From Mustelus asterias (lineage: Eukaryota), in contig NW_027590987.1 in NCBI RefSeq assembly GCF_964213995.1, positions 62,001-126,000 on the forward strand: a DNA stretch of 64,000 bases, read 5' to 3'. The position numbers and the translations under genes are program-made. The notes under the pieces were generated by a model that searched no databases, was not told the DNA's origin, and saw nothing but the letters and a program-made list of their open reading frames with translations. Position 1 is the stretch's first letter; each line of letters starts with the position of its first letter. Positions 1 to 12,502 of this stretch are shown piece after piece.

Positions 1-536
1 TTGGAAAGCAGCCAGATTAGTTAAATAGACAGCATTAATTGTGAGACAATTAAATAATAAATGATTCATTAATATATATGTTATAAAGGCTGGAAATATA
101 AATTTGAACACAAGTTTATAACTTTTAGAATTGTAAACACATTAAGAATGGTTAAAATGCTGTGGGAATTACCAGATGTTCCCTTCCCATGCTGACAGAA
201 TAAAGAAAGATGAAAGGACTTGTTAACCTTGACTGGAGGGAATGAATCGGCTCCTGTTCAAGATGTCTCAACATTGAATGACTGATGTGAACCAATTATT
301 GGTTGACACTCAGGCTACCCCAAGCTAAGAGATATCGTTTGAGAGAAAGAATTGTCTTAAAATTAAGACAATGTGCGCAATTAGCTAAAAACCAAACCAA
401 TGTCATTATTGACAAGTTATAGACCAATTGGCTCATTCCCAACAATTAGCTGAGGATGGCTTTCTACATTTTGAAAGTATAAAAAGGGGGATTCGAGAAA
501 CCAATTTGGTAGAAGTTTTTAAAAGTTAACTTTGTT

Positions 537-725
537 TATAGTTTGTTTATTAGTGTCACACATAGACTTACATTAACATTGCAATGAAGTTACTCTGAAA
601 ATTCCCCAGTCGCCACACTCTGGCGCCTGTTCGGGTAAACTGAGGGAGAATTTAGCATGGCCAATGTACCCAACCAGCACGTCTTTTCGACTGTGGGAGG
701 AAACTGGAGCACCCGGAGGAAACCT
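537..725 (-). mobile_element. Partial V-domain tRNA-SINE (central domain plus alternative 3' tail)
   Basis: Contains GACTGTGGGAGGAAACTGGAGCACCCGGAGGAAACC, shared with the full SINEs at 19162 and 39621, joined to a different tail that recurs on + at 4906-4975. Confidence 0.8.
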
Positions 726-729
726 GCAC

Positions 730-900
730 TTTACTGTTCAAAAATCTATCTATCCTTGCCTTAAAAACATTCAATGAGGTAGCCTCAACTGCTTCACTGG
801 GCAGGGAATTCCACAGATTCACAACCCTTTCTGTGAAGAAGTTCCTCCTCAACTCAGTCCTAAATCTGCTTCCCTTATTTTGAGGCTGTGTCTCCTAGTT
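730..900 (-). mobile_element. CR1-type LINE 3' fragment
   Basis: Translates to MRRNFFTERVVNLWNSLPSEAVEATSLNVFKARIDRFL, the CR1 ORF2 C-terminus. Confidence 0.85.
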
Positions 901-1080
901 GTAGGTTAGGGGGATGAGCAGGGTAAATACTTGGGGTTATGGGACAGGTCTGGATGGGATTGCCCTGTGTGTCAGGGGGATTATATGAGGTTACAAGGAT
1001 AAGGCCTGTGTGGGATTGTTATCAGTGCAGACCTGATGGGCCAAATGGCCTCCTTCTGCACTGAAAGGATTCTATGATTT
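901..1080 (+). mobile_element. HE1-like SINE 3' part, degenerate
   Basis: Ends GGGCCAAATGGCCTCCTTCTGCACTG..GATTCTATGATT, like the full copy at 6810. Confidence 0.75.
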
Positions 1081-1089
1081 CAGAGAATT

Positions 1090-1495
1090 GTGAAATTGGA
1101 GATTACTGAGATAGGGAGGGATAAGGTCATGGAGGAATTTGAAAATAAGGATGTGAATTTTAAAATTGAAACATGACTTGACTTAAAGCCGATGTCGGCT
1201 TTATGGATGAATAGGATTTGGATGAATAGGATTTGGATGAATAGGATTTGGATGAATAGGATTTGGTGTGAGAAAGCAGACGGGCGGCAGAGTTTTGGAT
1301 GATCTCACGTTTCTATGTGGGGAGTGGGGTGAATGTGAGAGGCTGCTCAGAAATGTATTGGAATCATCAAGACTAAAGGTAACAGATGGAGTGGGGTGGA
1401 GACTGTGGACATTATGGAGATTGAAATATTTGGTATCAGTGATGGGATGGATATGTGGTCAGAAACTCATCCTGTTGTTAAATCTGACAGCAAGG
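1090..1495 (-). mobile_element. Old L2-like LINE fragment
   Basis: Degenerate resemblance to L2 RT C-terminal sequence, recognised by eye only. Confidence 0.45.
1205..1266. repeat. 15-bp tandem repeat (GGATGAATAGGATTT)x4
   Basis: Four perfect units visible directly. Confidence 0.95.
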
Positions 1496-2043
1496 CCTGA
1501 ATTTTTCATCCATTGGGCACACTCACACGGGAGTGCCTGGAAACGGGTGCAATCAGCCCTGGAAATCGGCCCCGGAAAGTGATCTCATGCTGGCTGGCTG
1601 ATTAACGGGCAGTCAGTGTGAAACGTGCACTGGGAAAGGCTCAGTGCTGCCAGGGAGGGAGGTAAGGGGACGGGGAGGGAGGGAAGGGGACGGGCACTGA
1701 GGAAAGCGAGGGTGCTGTTGGTATTTCCAATACACTCCCTCAGGGGGACAGCTGCTGCGGAGCCTGTCTCTCAGCTACAGCCCTGGAAAAAATAAACTGT
1801 GATGGAGCTCCTCACACTTGTTGGAGGTGAGGATGGCAGAGATGGGGAGAGGGAGAACCCTTCAAAAGGAATTAACTTCTGTTAGCAGTATTTAAAAGAC
1901 GCAAGACACTGTGTTTAACACAAAGCTGATTTATTTGACTCTTATCCAGAATATATACACCTATAACCGGCCTGGTGTTCATTAATATCAGCAGGACCAG
2001 ACTCCAGTGAATAATCTTCAATCCTGCAGGTGATTCACAGCGG

Positions 2044-3465
2044 CAAATGTTGTTCCTCTGTTTAAGAAAGGGAATAGAAATGACCCTGGTAATTATAGAC
2101 CGGTTAGTCTGACTTCGGTGGTTGGTAAATTGATGGAAAAGGTCCTTAGGGATGGGATTTACGACCATTTGGAGAGATGCGGATTAATCCGGGATAGTCA
2201 GCACGGATTTGTGAAGGGCAAATCGTGCCTCACAAATTTGATAGAATTTTTTGAGGAGGTAACTAGGTGTGTTGATGAAGGTAGGGCGGTTGATGTCATA
2301 TACATGGATTTTAGTAAGGCGTTTGATAAGGTCCCCCATGGTCGGCTTATGATGAAAGTAAGGAGGTGTGGGATAGAGGGAAAGTTGGCCGATTGGATAG
2401 GTAACTGGCTGTCTGATCGAAGACAGAGGGTGGTGGTGGATGGAAAATTTTCGGACTGGAGGCAGGTTGCTAGCGGAGTGCCGCAGGGATCGGTGCTTGG
2501 TCCTCTGCTCTTTGTGATTTTTATTAATGACTTAGAGGAGGGGGCTGAAGGGTGGATCAGTAAATTTGCTGATGACACCAAGATTGGTGGAGTAGTGGAT
2601 GAGGTGGAGGGGTGTTGTAGGCTGCAAAGAGACATAGATAGGATGCAAAGCTGGGCTGAAAAATGGCAAATGGAGTTTAACCCTGATAAATGTGAGGTGA
2701 TTCATTTTGGTAGGACTAATTTAAATGTGGATTACAGGGTCAAAGGTAGGGTTCTGAAGACTGTGGAGGAACAGAGAGATCTTGGGGTCCATATCCACAG
2801 ATCTCTAAAGGTTGCCACTCAAGTGGATAGAGCTGTGAAGAAGGCATATAGTGTGTTAGCTTTTATTAACAGGGGGTTGGAGTTTAAGAGCCGTGGGGTT
2901 ATGCTGCAACTGTACAGGACCTTGGTGAGACCGCATTTGGAATATTGCGTGCAGTTCTGGTCACCTCACTATAAGAAGGATGTGGAAGCGCTGGAAAGAG
3001 TGCAGAGGAGATTTACCAGGATGCTGCCTGGTTTGGAGTGTCGGTCTTATGAGGAAAGGTTGAGGGAGCTGGGGCTGTTCTCTCTGGAGCGGAGGAGATT
3101 GAGGGGAGACTTAATAGAGGTTTATAAAATGATGAAGGGGATAGATCGAGTGAACGTTCAAAGACTATTTCCTCGGGTGGATGGAGCTATTACGAGGGGG
3201 CATAACTATAGGGTTCATGGTGGGAGATATAGGAAGGATATCAGAGGTAGGTTCTTCACGCAGAGAGTGGTTGGGGTGTGGAATGGACTGCCTGCAGTGA
3301 TAGTGGAGTCAGACACATTAGGAACATTTAAGTGGTTATTGGATAGGCACATGGAGCACACCAGGATGGTAGGGAGTGGGATAGCTTGATCTTGGTTTCA
3401 GATGAAGGTCGGCACAACATCGTGGGCCGAAGGGCATGTTCTGTGCTGTACTGTTCTATGTTCTA
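2044..3465 (+). mobile_element. 5'-truncated CR1 LINE with uninterrupted RT ORF, inserted in the 3' UTR of the ZNF at 3483
   Basis: ORF 2118-3389 has [28 protein letters not shown] and KFADD motifs; 3' tail TTCTATGTTCTA; ZNF UTR consensus resumes on both sides. Confidence 0.97.
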
Positions 3466-3482
3466 AAACCCAATCACTATAG

Positions 3483-4352
3483 TTACTTGTGGCCTCGCTG
3501 GTGTCTCAGCAGATGGGATGACTGAGTGAATCCCCTCCCACACACAGAGCAGGAGAACGGTTTCTCCCCGGTGTGAATGCGCCGGTGTTTCAGCAGATTG
3601 GATGAGTGATTGAATCCCTTCCCGCACTCAGAGCAGGTGAGCGGCCTCTCCCCAGTGTGAATTCTCTGGTGTACAGTGAGCTGAGATGATTTCCTGAATC
3701 CAGTCCCACAGTGAGAGCATCTGAACGGTCTCTCGTCAGTGTGAATACGTTGATGGGTCACCAGTTCCCCAGAACTTTTAAAGCACTTCCCACAATCCAG
3801 GCATTTAAATGGTCTCTCGTCAGCGTGAACCCGTTGATGGGATGTCAGCTCCACAGAACTTTTAAAGCACTTCTCACAGTTCAGGCATTTAAAAGGTCTC
3901 TCATCAGTGTGAACTCGCTGATGTTTCAGTCGGTGAGATGACTGAGTGAATCCCTTCCCACACACAGAGCAGGTGAATGGCCTTTCCCCAGTGTGACCAT
4001 GTTGGTGTCCTAACAGATTGGATAACTGAGTGAATCCCTTCCCACACTCAGAACATGTGAATGGTCTCTCCCCATTGTGATCTCGCTGGTGTTTTAGCAG
4101 ACTGGATGACTGAGTGAATCCCTTCCCACACTGAGGGCAGGTGAATGGTCTCTCCCCAGTGTGACTGCGTCGATGAGTTTCCAGGTCAGATGGATAACTA
4201 AACGCTTTCCCACAATCCCCACATTTCCACAGCTTCTCCCCAGTGTGACTGTGCTTGTGTCTCGACAGGCCAGATGATCAACTGAAGCCTCGTCCACACA
4301 CACAACACGTGTATGGTTTCTCCTCACTGTGAACAGTGCTTTTTCCTTCCAT
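3483..4352 (-). pseudogene. C2H2 ZNF, 10 fingers, [13 protein letters not shown] type, single in-frame TGA at codon 25
   Basis: ATG at 4352 reads [31 protein letters not shown]; TGA at 4278-4280; frame otherwise open to 3483 with TGERPF linkers. Confidence 0.85.
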
Positions 4353-5519
4353 GTTTAATATTCAATGATATTCAGGTTACGATAAATTGTACACCTCTGT
4401 CAGCTCCTGGTGTGATGTTTGGTTTCAGTTTCCTGACTGTAAATCCTCCTCTTCAAAAACCCTGTGAAATTGATTTAAAACAAAAAAACAGGAGTGAGAG
4501 AGAACCCACAAAAACACAAAGGCAGCTTGTGAAATTGAGCTGAATGAATCTGGTCATTTGTCTGATACTAATGAACAGTGCTGGATTATCATAAAAACCC
4601 AACTGATTCACTAATGTCCATCAGGGAAAGGAACCTACCACCCAGTTTGGGGTCTGTACAGACTCAGGCCTCTACTTAAGGAGAGTACAAGACAGTGGGA
4701 GAGAATGGGGAGTAATGCAAGAGGTGAGGTTGTGGGGGGGGTGGGGGAGGTGCTGGTGATGGCAGGAGGAGAGGGATTTTACACATCTATAACTCAGCTG
4801 GAGCTTTGACAGAATCTCCCAAACCCTCAACTTCCACCACCTGGAAGGACCAGGATCACAAGTGTGAATGAACACCTCTAAATTCACCTTCAAGTCTCAC
4901 ACACTGGGGGATTTTCACAGTAACTTCATCGCAGTGTTAATATAAACCTACTCGTGACATGAATAAATAAACTTTTTTAAAAAGCGTTAAACACACTGTC
5001 CTGACTTGTCTGCCATCCAGTGCTGGATGAACAGATATTTTATATATTGGGAAGACTGAAGCCACTGGTTTCAGTCTTTGCTACAAACTTCACTCCCCAG
5101 CCACCGACTCCATCTCTCTCCCTGATAATTGTCCAAGGCTGAACATGATTGTTCACAGCCATGGTGACATGTTTCACCTCAGGAATTAGGAGTCGGCCAT
5201 TCGGTCCGTCAGGTCTTTCACTTCAGTCACTGTTTCAAGTCTGGATGACCCTTCTCCAAACAGTCATTCAGACTCGGAACGTTGGCTCTATTCTCTCTCC
5301 AAAGATGCTGTCAGACATGCTGAGATTTTCCAGCACTTTCTGTTTTTTGTTAAACATTCACTTGATTGCAGTTTGCTGTGGGTAAATCCTCCCCTTCTAA
5401 CCCATGTAAAATAAGTTTCCAAAACCCATCACTCTCAGTCCAGGATAGAAATTCACAACATTGTGTCTGCCTGCTTTCCGGCTCAGGATTACTTAAGCTG
5501 GGACACATTTTCATTGGAA

Positions 5520-6560
5520 GCAGATGAGAAAATGTTCACTAGGCTGACTCCTGTGATGAGGGGGTTTGGCTTCTGAGGAAAGGTGGAACAGGTTGGGTCT
5601 TTACCCATTGGAATTCAGAAGAATGAGAGGTGATCTTGGTGAAGCATATTAGATCCTGGGGGAGCTTGACCGGGTAGATTCTGAGAGGATGTTTCCCCTC
5701 ATGGGGTAATATCGAATTATGAAACAGTTAAAAAATAAGGTCTCTCAGTTTACACCATGAGGAGAAACATATTCTCTATGAAGATCATTAGTCTTTGGAA
5801 ATCCCTTCGCCAGTAAGTAGGAGACTTGGTCATTGAATACATTTCAGGCTGTGTTAAGTTGATAAGATATTGGAGCAGAATGAGGGCATTTGGCCCATCA
5901 AGTCTGCTCCGCTGATATGCTCCTCATTCCCATTTTCCTGCCTACTCCCTATAACCAGTTAAAAATCTGTCTAACTCCTCCTTAAATTTACTCACTGTCC
6001 CAGCATCCACCACACTTCGGGGCAGCGAATTCCAGATTCACAACCCTTTGGGAGAAGTAGTTTCTCCTCAACTCTGTTTTACGTTTGCTGCCCCTTATCC
6101 TAAGACTATGATCTCTCGTCCTCGAATGCCCCACAAGAGGAAGCATCCACTCCACGTCTACTTTCATCATCTTGTGTACCTCGATTTGATCTCCCCTCAT
6201 TCTTCTAAATTCCAGAGAGAATAGGCCTATCTCTCTTCATACGACAAACCCTTCATCTCTGGAATCAATCTAGTGAACCTCCTCTGAACTGCCTCCAATG
6301 CCACTACACCTTTCCTCAAATAAAGGGACCAAAACTATGCACAATACTCCAGGTGTGGCCTCACCAATGCCTTGTATAGTTCCTTACATTTATATTCTAA
6401 TCCTTTAGCTATAAATGCCAACATTCCATTCACTTTCTTTACAATCTGCTGTACCTGCATGCTGGTTTCCTGTGACTGGTGAATGAGGACACCCAGATCC
6501 TTCTGCACTGGAGCACCCCGAAGTCGCTCCCCATTTAGATAATAAGTCGCCTTCCCAACA
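5520..6560. mobile_element. Two degenerate CR1 3' fragments, tail to tail (+ about 5520-5860, - about 5865-6560)
   Basis: Minus-strand ORFs give LYKALVRPHLEYCA and RRNYFSQRVVNL; the plus piece has AGAAGAATGAGAGGTGATCT. Confidence 0.8.
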
Positions 6561-6809
6561 CTCCAGCCCAGGCAACATGCTGGTGACTCTCCTCTGCACT
6601 CTTTCTCGTGCAATCACATCCTTCCTATCGTGTTCCTCAGTGTTCCTCTGTCTGTCTGATTCTGTCAGTTGATGTTTCTGAGATTCACCTTGGGACACTC
6701 TCCTACATTAAAGGTCTGATATAAATCAAAGTTATTTTTAAATCACATTGTAACAGACTGGGGAAGTCAGGATTAAAACAATATCTGGGTAAATGGAGTT
6801 TGGTCACAG

Positions 6810-7148
6810 GGCGGCATGGTAGCACAGTGGTTAGCACTGCTGCTTCACAGCTCCAGGGTCCCGGGTTCGATTCCCGGCTCGGGTCACTGTCTGTGTGGAG
6901 TTTGCACATTCTCCTCGTGTCTGCGTGGGTTTCCTCCGGGTGCTCCGGTTTCCTCCCACAGTCCAAAGATGTGCGGGTTAGGTTGATTGGCCAGGTTAAA
7001 AATTGCCCCTTCGAGTCCTGGGATGTGTAGGTTAGAGGGATTAGCGGGTAAATATGTGGGGGTAGGGCCTGGGTGGGATTGTGGTCGGTGCAGACTCGAT
7101 GGGCCGAATGGCCTCCTTCTGCACTGTAGGGTTTCTATGATTCTATGA
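6810..7148 (+). mobile_element. Full-length HE1-like tRNA-derived V-SINE
   Basis: Pol III A box TAGCACAGTGG, B box GGTTCGATTCC, V-like core, CR1-like tail; empty site visible in the paralogous flank near 39375. Confidence 0.95.
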
Positions 7149-7542
7149 GATCAGCCGTGACCCCAGTCAATAAGAGAACAGGCTCGAGGGGGATAAATGA
7201 TTTCCTCCTGTTCCCAATAAACTTGGGCTCAAACACCAGCTGATGAATGGAAAGTGATGGGAGAACTGGGGGGGAAGACACTTCACCAGAAACCAGCACT
7301 GGGGCAGAGTTAAAGAGTAGGACAGTCCTGTGGACAGACTACTCAGGAAATGGAATAGGTTGTTCAGCCCTTCAAGTCTGCTCTGTTATTCAATTAGACC
7401 CTGGTTGATCCATTAGTCTATCTGAACTTGAACAAATACCTGAATTGTTAACTCAAGCTGGTTACAGCAGTTATTAACAGCAGCAGAAACACACCATAGC
7501 TATCAGAATGCACATGGGTCAGTGCAGGATGTGATTACCTGT

Positions 7543-8055
7543 TCAATAACTGGGGAATCTGCCTCCAGAAGACTTGTGAACTCGCTGGTGTCTCATTAGG
7601 TTTTGTGACTGAGTGAATCCCTTCCCACACACGGAGCAGGTGAACGGCCTCTCCCCGGTGTGAACTCGCTGGTGTATCAGGAGATCAGATGAGTTAGTGA
7701 ATCCCTTCCCACACACGGAGCAGGTGAAAGGCCTCTCCCCAGTGTGAGCACGCTTGTGTTTCAGCAGGCGAGATGAACTGCTGAATCCCTTCATACACAC
7801 AGAGCAGGTGAATGGCCGCTCCCCAGTGTGAAGTCGCTGATGAGTGCGAAGGTTGAACATTCGACTAAAACTCTTCCCACACACGGTGCAGATGAACAGA
7901 CTCTTCCCAGTGTGGCTGCGCTGATGTGCTTCCAGCTGGGATGGAGAACTGAATTCCTTCCCACAGTCCCCACATTCCCATGGGTTTTCTATGGTGTAGA
8001 TGTCCTCGTGTCTCTCCAGGTTGGATGATTTAATGTGTGTATATTTCAAATATCC
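7543..8055 (-). CDS. C2H2 ZNF terminal exon, 5 fingers, no ATG at the usual position
   Basis: Open frame from putative acceptor TTTGACAG|GA; the usual MEKPW start is IENPW; five CxxC-x12-HxxxH units. Confidence 0.6.
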   Translation of the reverse strand, partial: GYLKYTHIKSSNLERHEDIYTIENPWECGDCGKEFSSPSQLEAHQRSHTGKSLFICTVCGKSFSRMFNLRTHQRLHTGERPFTCSVCMKGFSSSSRLLKHKRAHTGERPFTCSVCGKGFTNSSDLLIHQRVHTGERPFTCSVCGKGFTQSQNLMRHQRVHKSSGGRFPSY

Positions 8056-8599
8056 TGTCAAAGGAGTTTAGAAACATCACTGTCAGTACGGGATCGAAAT
8101 TCAGAACAGACATTTCTACTTTCTGTGGAACATCGTTTCCTCACTTGTTCCTGTGCAGCAGTAAATCCTCATCCTGAACACTTTCCCTCCTCCCTGTCCT
8201 GCAGCCAACTCCCACACTGACCAACCAGCTCATATTTCAATGGATTGTCCCGTGTTTGAGTCCAGTGTGCCAGGCTGCATGGTGTATGGGTGCTGTTTCA
8301 CCCATAAGATAGATGTGTGCAGCACCCTCTTCCAGCTGTTCTGCCTGCCAACCAGCCCATGTCCACCCTCGCAGTTCCAGCAGCACCGCGCACAATACTG
8401 CTCACCTGCTCTAACAGACTCATGAAGGATGTCCTTTCGTTTTCTCTGAGAGAGTTGGTCAGCCTGGCAAACCCAGTGTGAAATATCTTCACAAATCTTT
8501 TCTCCCACCCTCTATTCTGGATGGGTTCAGTTCTCTTTTGAATAGAGTGAAAATAAAATCAATTATTTTCTCTGCTGATCACTGCAGGGAGCTGCAGCT

Positions 8600-9420
8600 T
8601 TTTACTGGGGGTGTTGGGGCCTCCAGCGGGTGTTTGTGAATCCTCCCCGCCCACCTCCCAGGGTTTCCTTCCTTCCCAGAGATCAGAGTCCTCATTGATT
8701 TGAGGCCAAAGTGTAACCTCTTATTTATTGTCCCCCTCCCCCATCCTCTGATGTGAACCATCCTCCAGTGGCTGAGCCAGGATGGGGCCGTTAACCTGGG
8801 CCTGTTCCCGGGAGGGAGGGAGGGAGGGAGAAGCCCCGCAGCTGCAAACCAGGGAGCTGACAATGATTCTGAAGGGTTTGCGGATCCTCGCAGCCACCGC
8901 CTAACGCTGACTCCGCTTCTCCGGGACAAAGGACTCTCGCTCCCGAGGCGAACAAAGGAATTGCGCATGCTCCACATTCAAACCGAGTGTCCGGCCTCAT
9001 CAGCCGGACCGGACTGCGCATGTGCCAGTTCACAATGCCCCGGGGAGGGTGATTGACGGCAACTCCGGACCAATAGGAGGAGGGAGGCGGGCCTGGACTG
9101 CCGTGGGGGAGCAGCTGGTCCTCCAACCAATCAGCGTGAAAGAGGGGCTCCGACGGAAGCATGCGCATTGCGGGTAATGGCGACGGCGAATGTTTATGAC
9201 CTCGGATCCGTAATCGCCGATCGGTGGGTACGATTGAACCGGCGAGTAGACGGAAAGGCTTCAGAAACCGGTTGTGCGGATCTGTAAACTCCCCCTAAAA
9301 TTCACCAGTTCCCCCATTTGCATCGAGCGGGTCAAAGATCCCTGAGATCGGCCCACGCGTTAACGACCTCCATCTTTATTGGGGGCAATACGCGGCGGTG
9401 CGCATGGGTGATCACCATCT
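8600..9420. promoter_or_regulatory. CpG-rich bidirectional promoter/first-exon region between divergent ZNF loci
   Basis: GCGCATG(C/T) NRF1-like motifs near 8963, 9016 and 9160; CCAAT boxes; AATGGCG YY1-like motif; lies between a - and a + ZNF. Confidence 0.75.
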
Positions 9421-9839
9421 GTTTTTTATGTTTGCATTATTTAGTTTATAAAAACAATGGCATCATCCAGCCAATAAAAACATGATAATACATATCTGGA
9501 CAAGTTGTTCCAATTGACTTACAACATTGTGGTGCTAATTATGTATACAGCCATGAACAGAATTGGGCCAGCTGGCATTTCCAATGCAAATTGTCATGTA
9601 ATTGCAACATGGAAGATGTCTAAAATTGAATTTGCAAAGTAATGACAGCATTGTTATTCATAGTATGAATATGGAAAATAAAAGACCTGTTTCAGCAAAC
9701 CTTCAGGTGAGGTAATTTAGGAAGTGCTAATCACCATCTTTGGAAGGAAGGATTTGCAGTTGGAAAACTCAAACTAAACATCACATCAGAATCTGATGGA
9801 GTCACTCAATTTATCCAAATCTGAAATCATTGGGTTGTA

Positions 9840-10790
9840 AATGTGGAAGGAGAAAGTACCATTCACAGTGGGGAGAAACCGTCCGTGTGTTGTGTGTGTG
9901 GATGAGGCTTCATCTGATTGTGGAACCTGGAGAGACACAGGACACCCACAGCATGAAGAAACTGTGGAAATGTGAGGCCTGTGGGAAGGGATTCAGTTAC
10001 TCAGTTATACTGGAAACTCATCAGTGCGTTCACACTGGGGAGAGGCCATTTACCTGCACCGAGTGTGGGAAGAGCTTCGCAAATTCAACCAACCTGCTGA
10101 GACACCAGCTCGTTCACACTGGGGAGAGGCCGTTCACTTGCACTGAATGAGGGAAGGGATTCACTCATTCATCATATCTGTTGAGACACCAACCAGTTCA
10201 CACTGCAGAGAGACCTTTTAAATGCATGGACTGTGTGAAGTGCTGCAAAACCTCTGGGAACTGAAGCACCATCAGCATGTTTCACACTGGGGAGAGGCCG
10301 TTCAGGTGCTCTCACTGTGGGACTGGGTTCACACAATCATCTGACCTCACTGTACACCAGCGGATTCACACTGGGGAGAGGCCGTTCACCTGCAAAGAGT
10401 GTGGGAAGGGATTTGCTCAGATGTCCACTCTGCTGACACACCAGTGGATTCACACTGGAAAGGGACCATTCACCTGCCCTGAGTGTGGAAAGAGATTCAT
10501 TAATTCATCCCACCTGCTAACGCACCAGCAGATCCACACTGATGAGACTGAACTGCGGAAAGTGCAACAAAAGTTCTGGGGAACTGCTGTCCCATCAATG
10601 AGTCCACACTGACGAGAGACAATTCAAGTGTTGTCATTTTGGTCTGAGTTCAGGTAACCTCATCCCACTGTACACCAGTGCATTGACACTGAGGAGAGAA
10701 TGTTCACTCCCTCTGAATGTGGGAAGAGAGTCACTCATTCGTCCCATCCGCTGAGATCCAGTGATTTCAGAAATAACTACATTAATTGTA
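9840..10790 (+). pseudogene. C2H2 ZNF pseudogene
   Basis: MKKLWKC start at 9953, TGA replacing Cys at 10148, frameshift near 10250, decayed fingers to about 10760, AATAAA near 10902. Confidence 0.9.
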
Positions 10791-11599
10791 TTTTACTTTT
10801 AATCACAACCAGTACTGAATCGCATTCTTTGGGGTCTGTTTCTACTGCTGATGATAAACTCCAGGCCAGTTGTATGTTTTTAATCTTCTGGTTAAAAGTT
10901 AAATAAATCAGCTTTATGTTAAGCTGAGCGTCAATCTTTTTGATATCGGCAATATGTTAGGAGTTTTTGAGATGCTCTGCCCATTCCCTCTTTCCTCCAT
11001 CCTCACTTCCAATAACAAGTGTAAGCAGCTCATAGAGCTTCTTTAAGATTGAGAACATCCAATGAATTACCTCTACTACTTCCAACAGCCCACCAGAAAA
11101 ATACTGCTTCTAAAGTTCCTCATTGTCTGAGCTCTGAACCTGCATCTTCCTCTGGGTTCTGTCACCATTTAATTGGGACCATCAGTGGAGGTGTTTTTAA
11201 CCCAGCATTCCCCATGGTTGAGAGTATCCCCTTTCCACAGCACAGGAGAGCAGTGGGCAGGCCTGGTTCTGCCCTGTGCTTGGAGCATCCGCAGTGTCAG
11301 CCATGACAATGAACAGACGTTTCTCTCTCGGATCCATGATGGGTAAAAGGTGGGATGGTGGGAGCAATGGATTTGGTGGGTGGATAGAGATTCTCCAGAA
11401 ACATGTTGTGTAAACTACAAATCCCAAATGAGAAGCTACTGAGTGGACACAAGGGGAATTATCCTGGTGACAAAGCTGGAGCAGGAGGAGAGAATGTTGT
11501 GAATTTCTATCCTGGATGGATTTCGAAAACTCCTTTGACGGGGTTAGAAGGGGAGGATTTACACACGGCAATCTCAAACTAAAGAAAGGTCCATCTTTA

Positions 11600-11853
11600 C
11601 AGGGTGGTACAGTGGTTAGCACTGCTGCCTCACTGTCGGTGTAGAGTTTGCACATTCCACCTGTGACTTTAGGGGTTTTCTCCAGGTGCTCTGTTTTCGT
11701 CCCACAGTCAAAAGATGTGCAGGTTAGAGGATTAGTGGGGTAAACGTGTGCAGTTGCTGGCGGTGGGCCTGGGTAAGATGTTCTTTTGCAGAGTCAGTGC
11801 AGACTCGTTGGGCTGAATGGCCTCCTTCTACACTGTAGGGGATTCTATGATTC
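11600..11853 (+). mobile_element. Degenerate, internally deleted HE1-like SINE
   Basis: Head ACAGTGGTTAGCACTGCTGCCTCAC and tail GGATTCTATGATTC. Confidence 0.8.
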
Positions 11854-11940
11854 TTCGGATACAGGTCTTCAAATGGGATGGACAGGTAGATATGGACAGA
11901 ATGTTTCCACTGTGATACACAGTAAATAGTAGTAAATCCA

Positions 11941-12030
11941 ACCACTTACACCCAGGCACCAAATCCAGAGACCACTTACACCATGACATCAAACTCAAGG
12001 ACCACTTACAACGAGACACCAAATTTAAGC
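11941..12030. repeat. 30-bp-period repeat x3 with constant ACCACTTACA
   Basis: ACCACTTACA at 11941, 11971 and 12001. Confidence 0.8.
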
Positions 12031-12502
12031 AGCAATAAAAGGACATCTAAGCAAGCAGCCAATGTCACAATAAAATAAAGCTGTTTACAAACTGCGGAGA
12101 ACATGTTCTAAAAAAATACATTTCTTAAAGGCACACGAGCGTCACTTTCTTGAAAACATAAAGGGCGCAATCTTCCCCAACAAAAGTTCTATTTGTCAAA
12201 AGAGTCTGACGAGTTTGGCACTGCAATCTTCCCAAACTCTGTCAATTTCTTTAGCAATTGGGAGATTTGTGTCCATGGCGGAGCGGGTGGTGTAGAGCTT
12301 TTGCATGCCAGGGAAGCCATCAAAATCAACGATGACAATTGCAAAGATCAGAACATTTCAAAGGCTCTCACATGCAGTACGTGTGGTGGAGTTTTAATAA
12401 ACAAGATTCCAAAAGGGTTAATTGATCCAGAAAATAACAGATTTCTTCTGCAATATCGTTCTACAATGGGTGGTTCACAGGAACTCCAGATGTGTGTAAA
12501 GT

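Noticed and set aside
1493-1790. Possible Harbinger-type MITE (also about 12163-12300)
   Set aside because: GC-rich with a suggestive start, but no matching second terminus or TSD found
2118-3389. Autonomous or domesticated reverse transcriptase gene
   Set aside because: 5'-truncated CR1 lacking endonuclease, ORF1 and promoter; the open frame reflects youth
6810-6885. tRNA gene
   Set aside because: tRNA-derived SINE head with A and B boxes continuing into SINE body and tail; multicopy
6703-6966. Recurrent MDCGRKPEHPEETHAD and MVSTAASQLQGPG ORFs
   Set aside because: Spurious translations of the SINE
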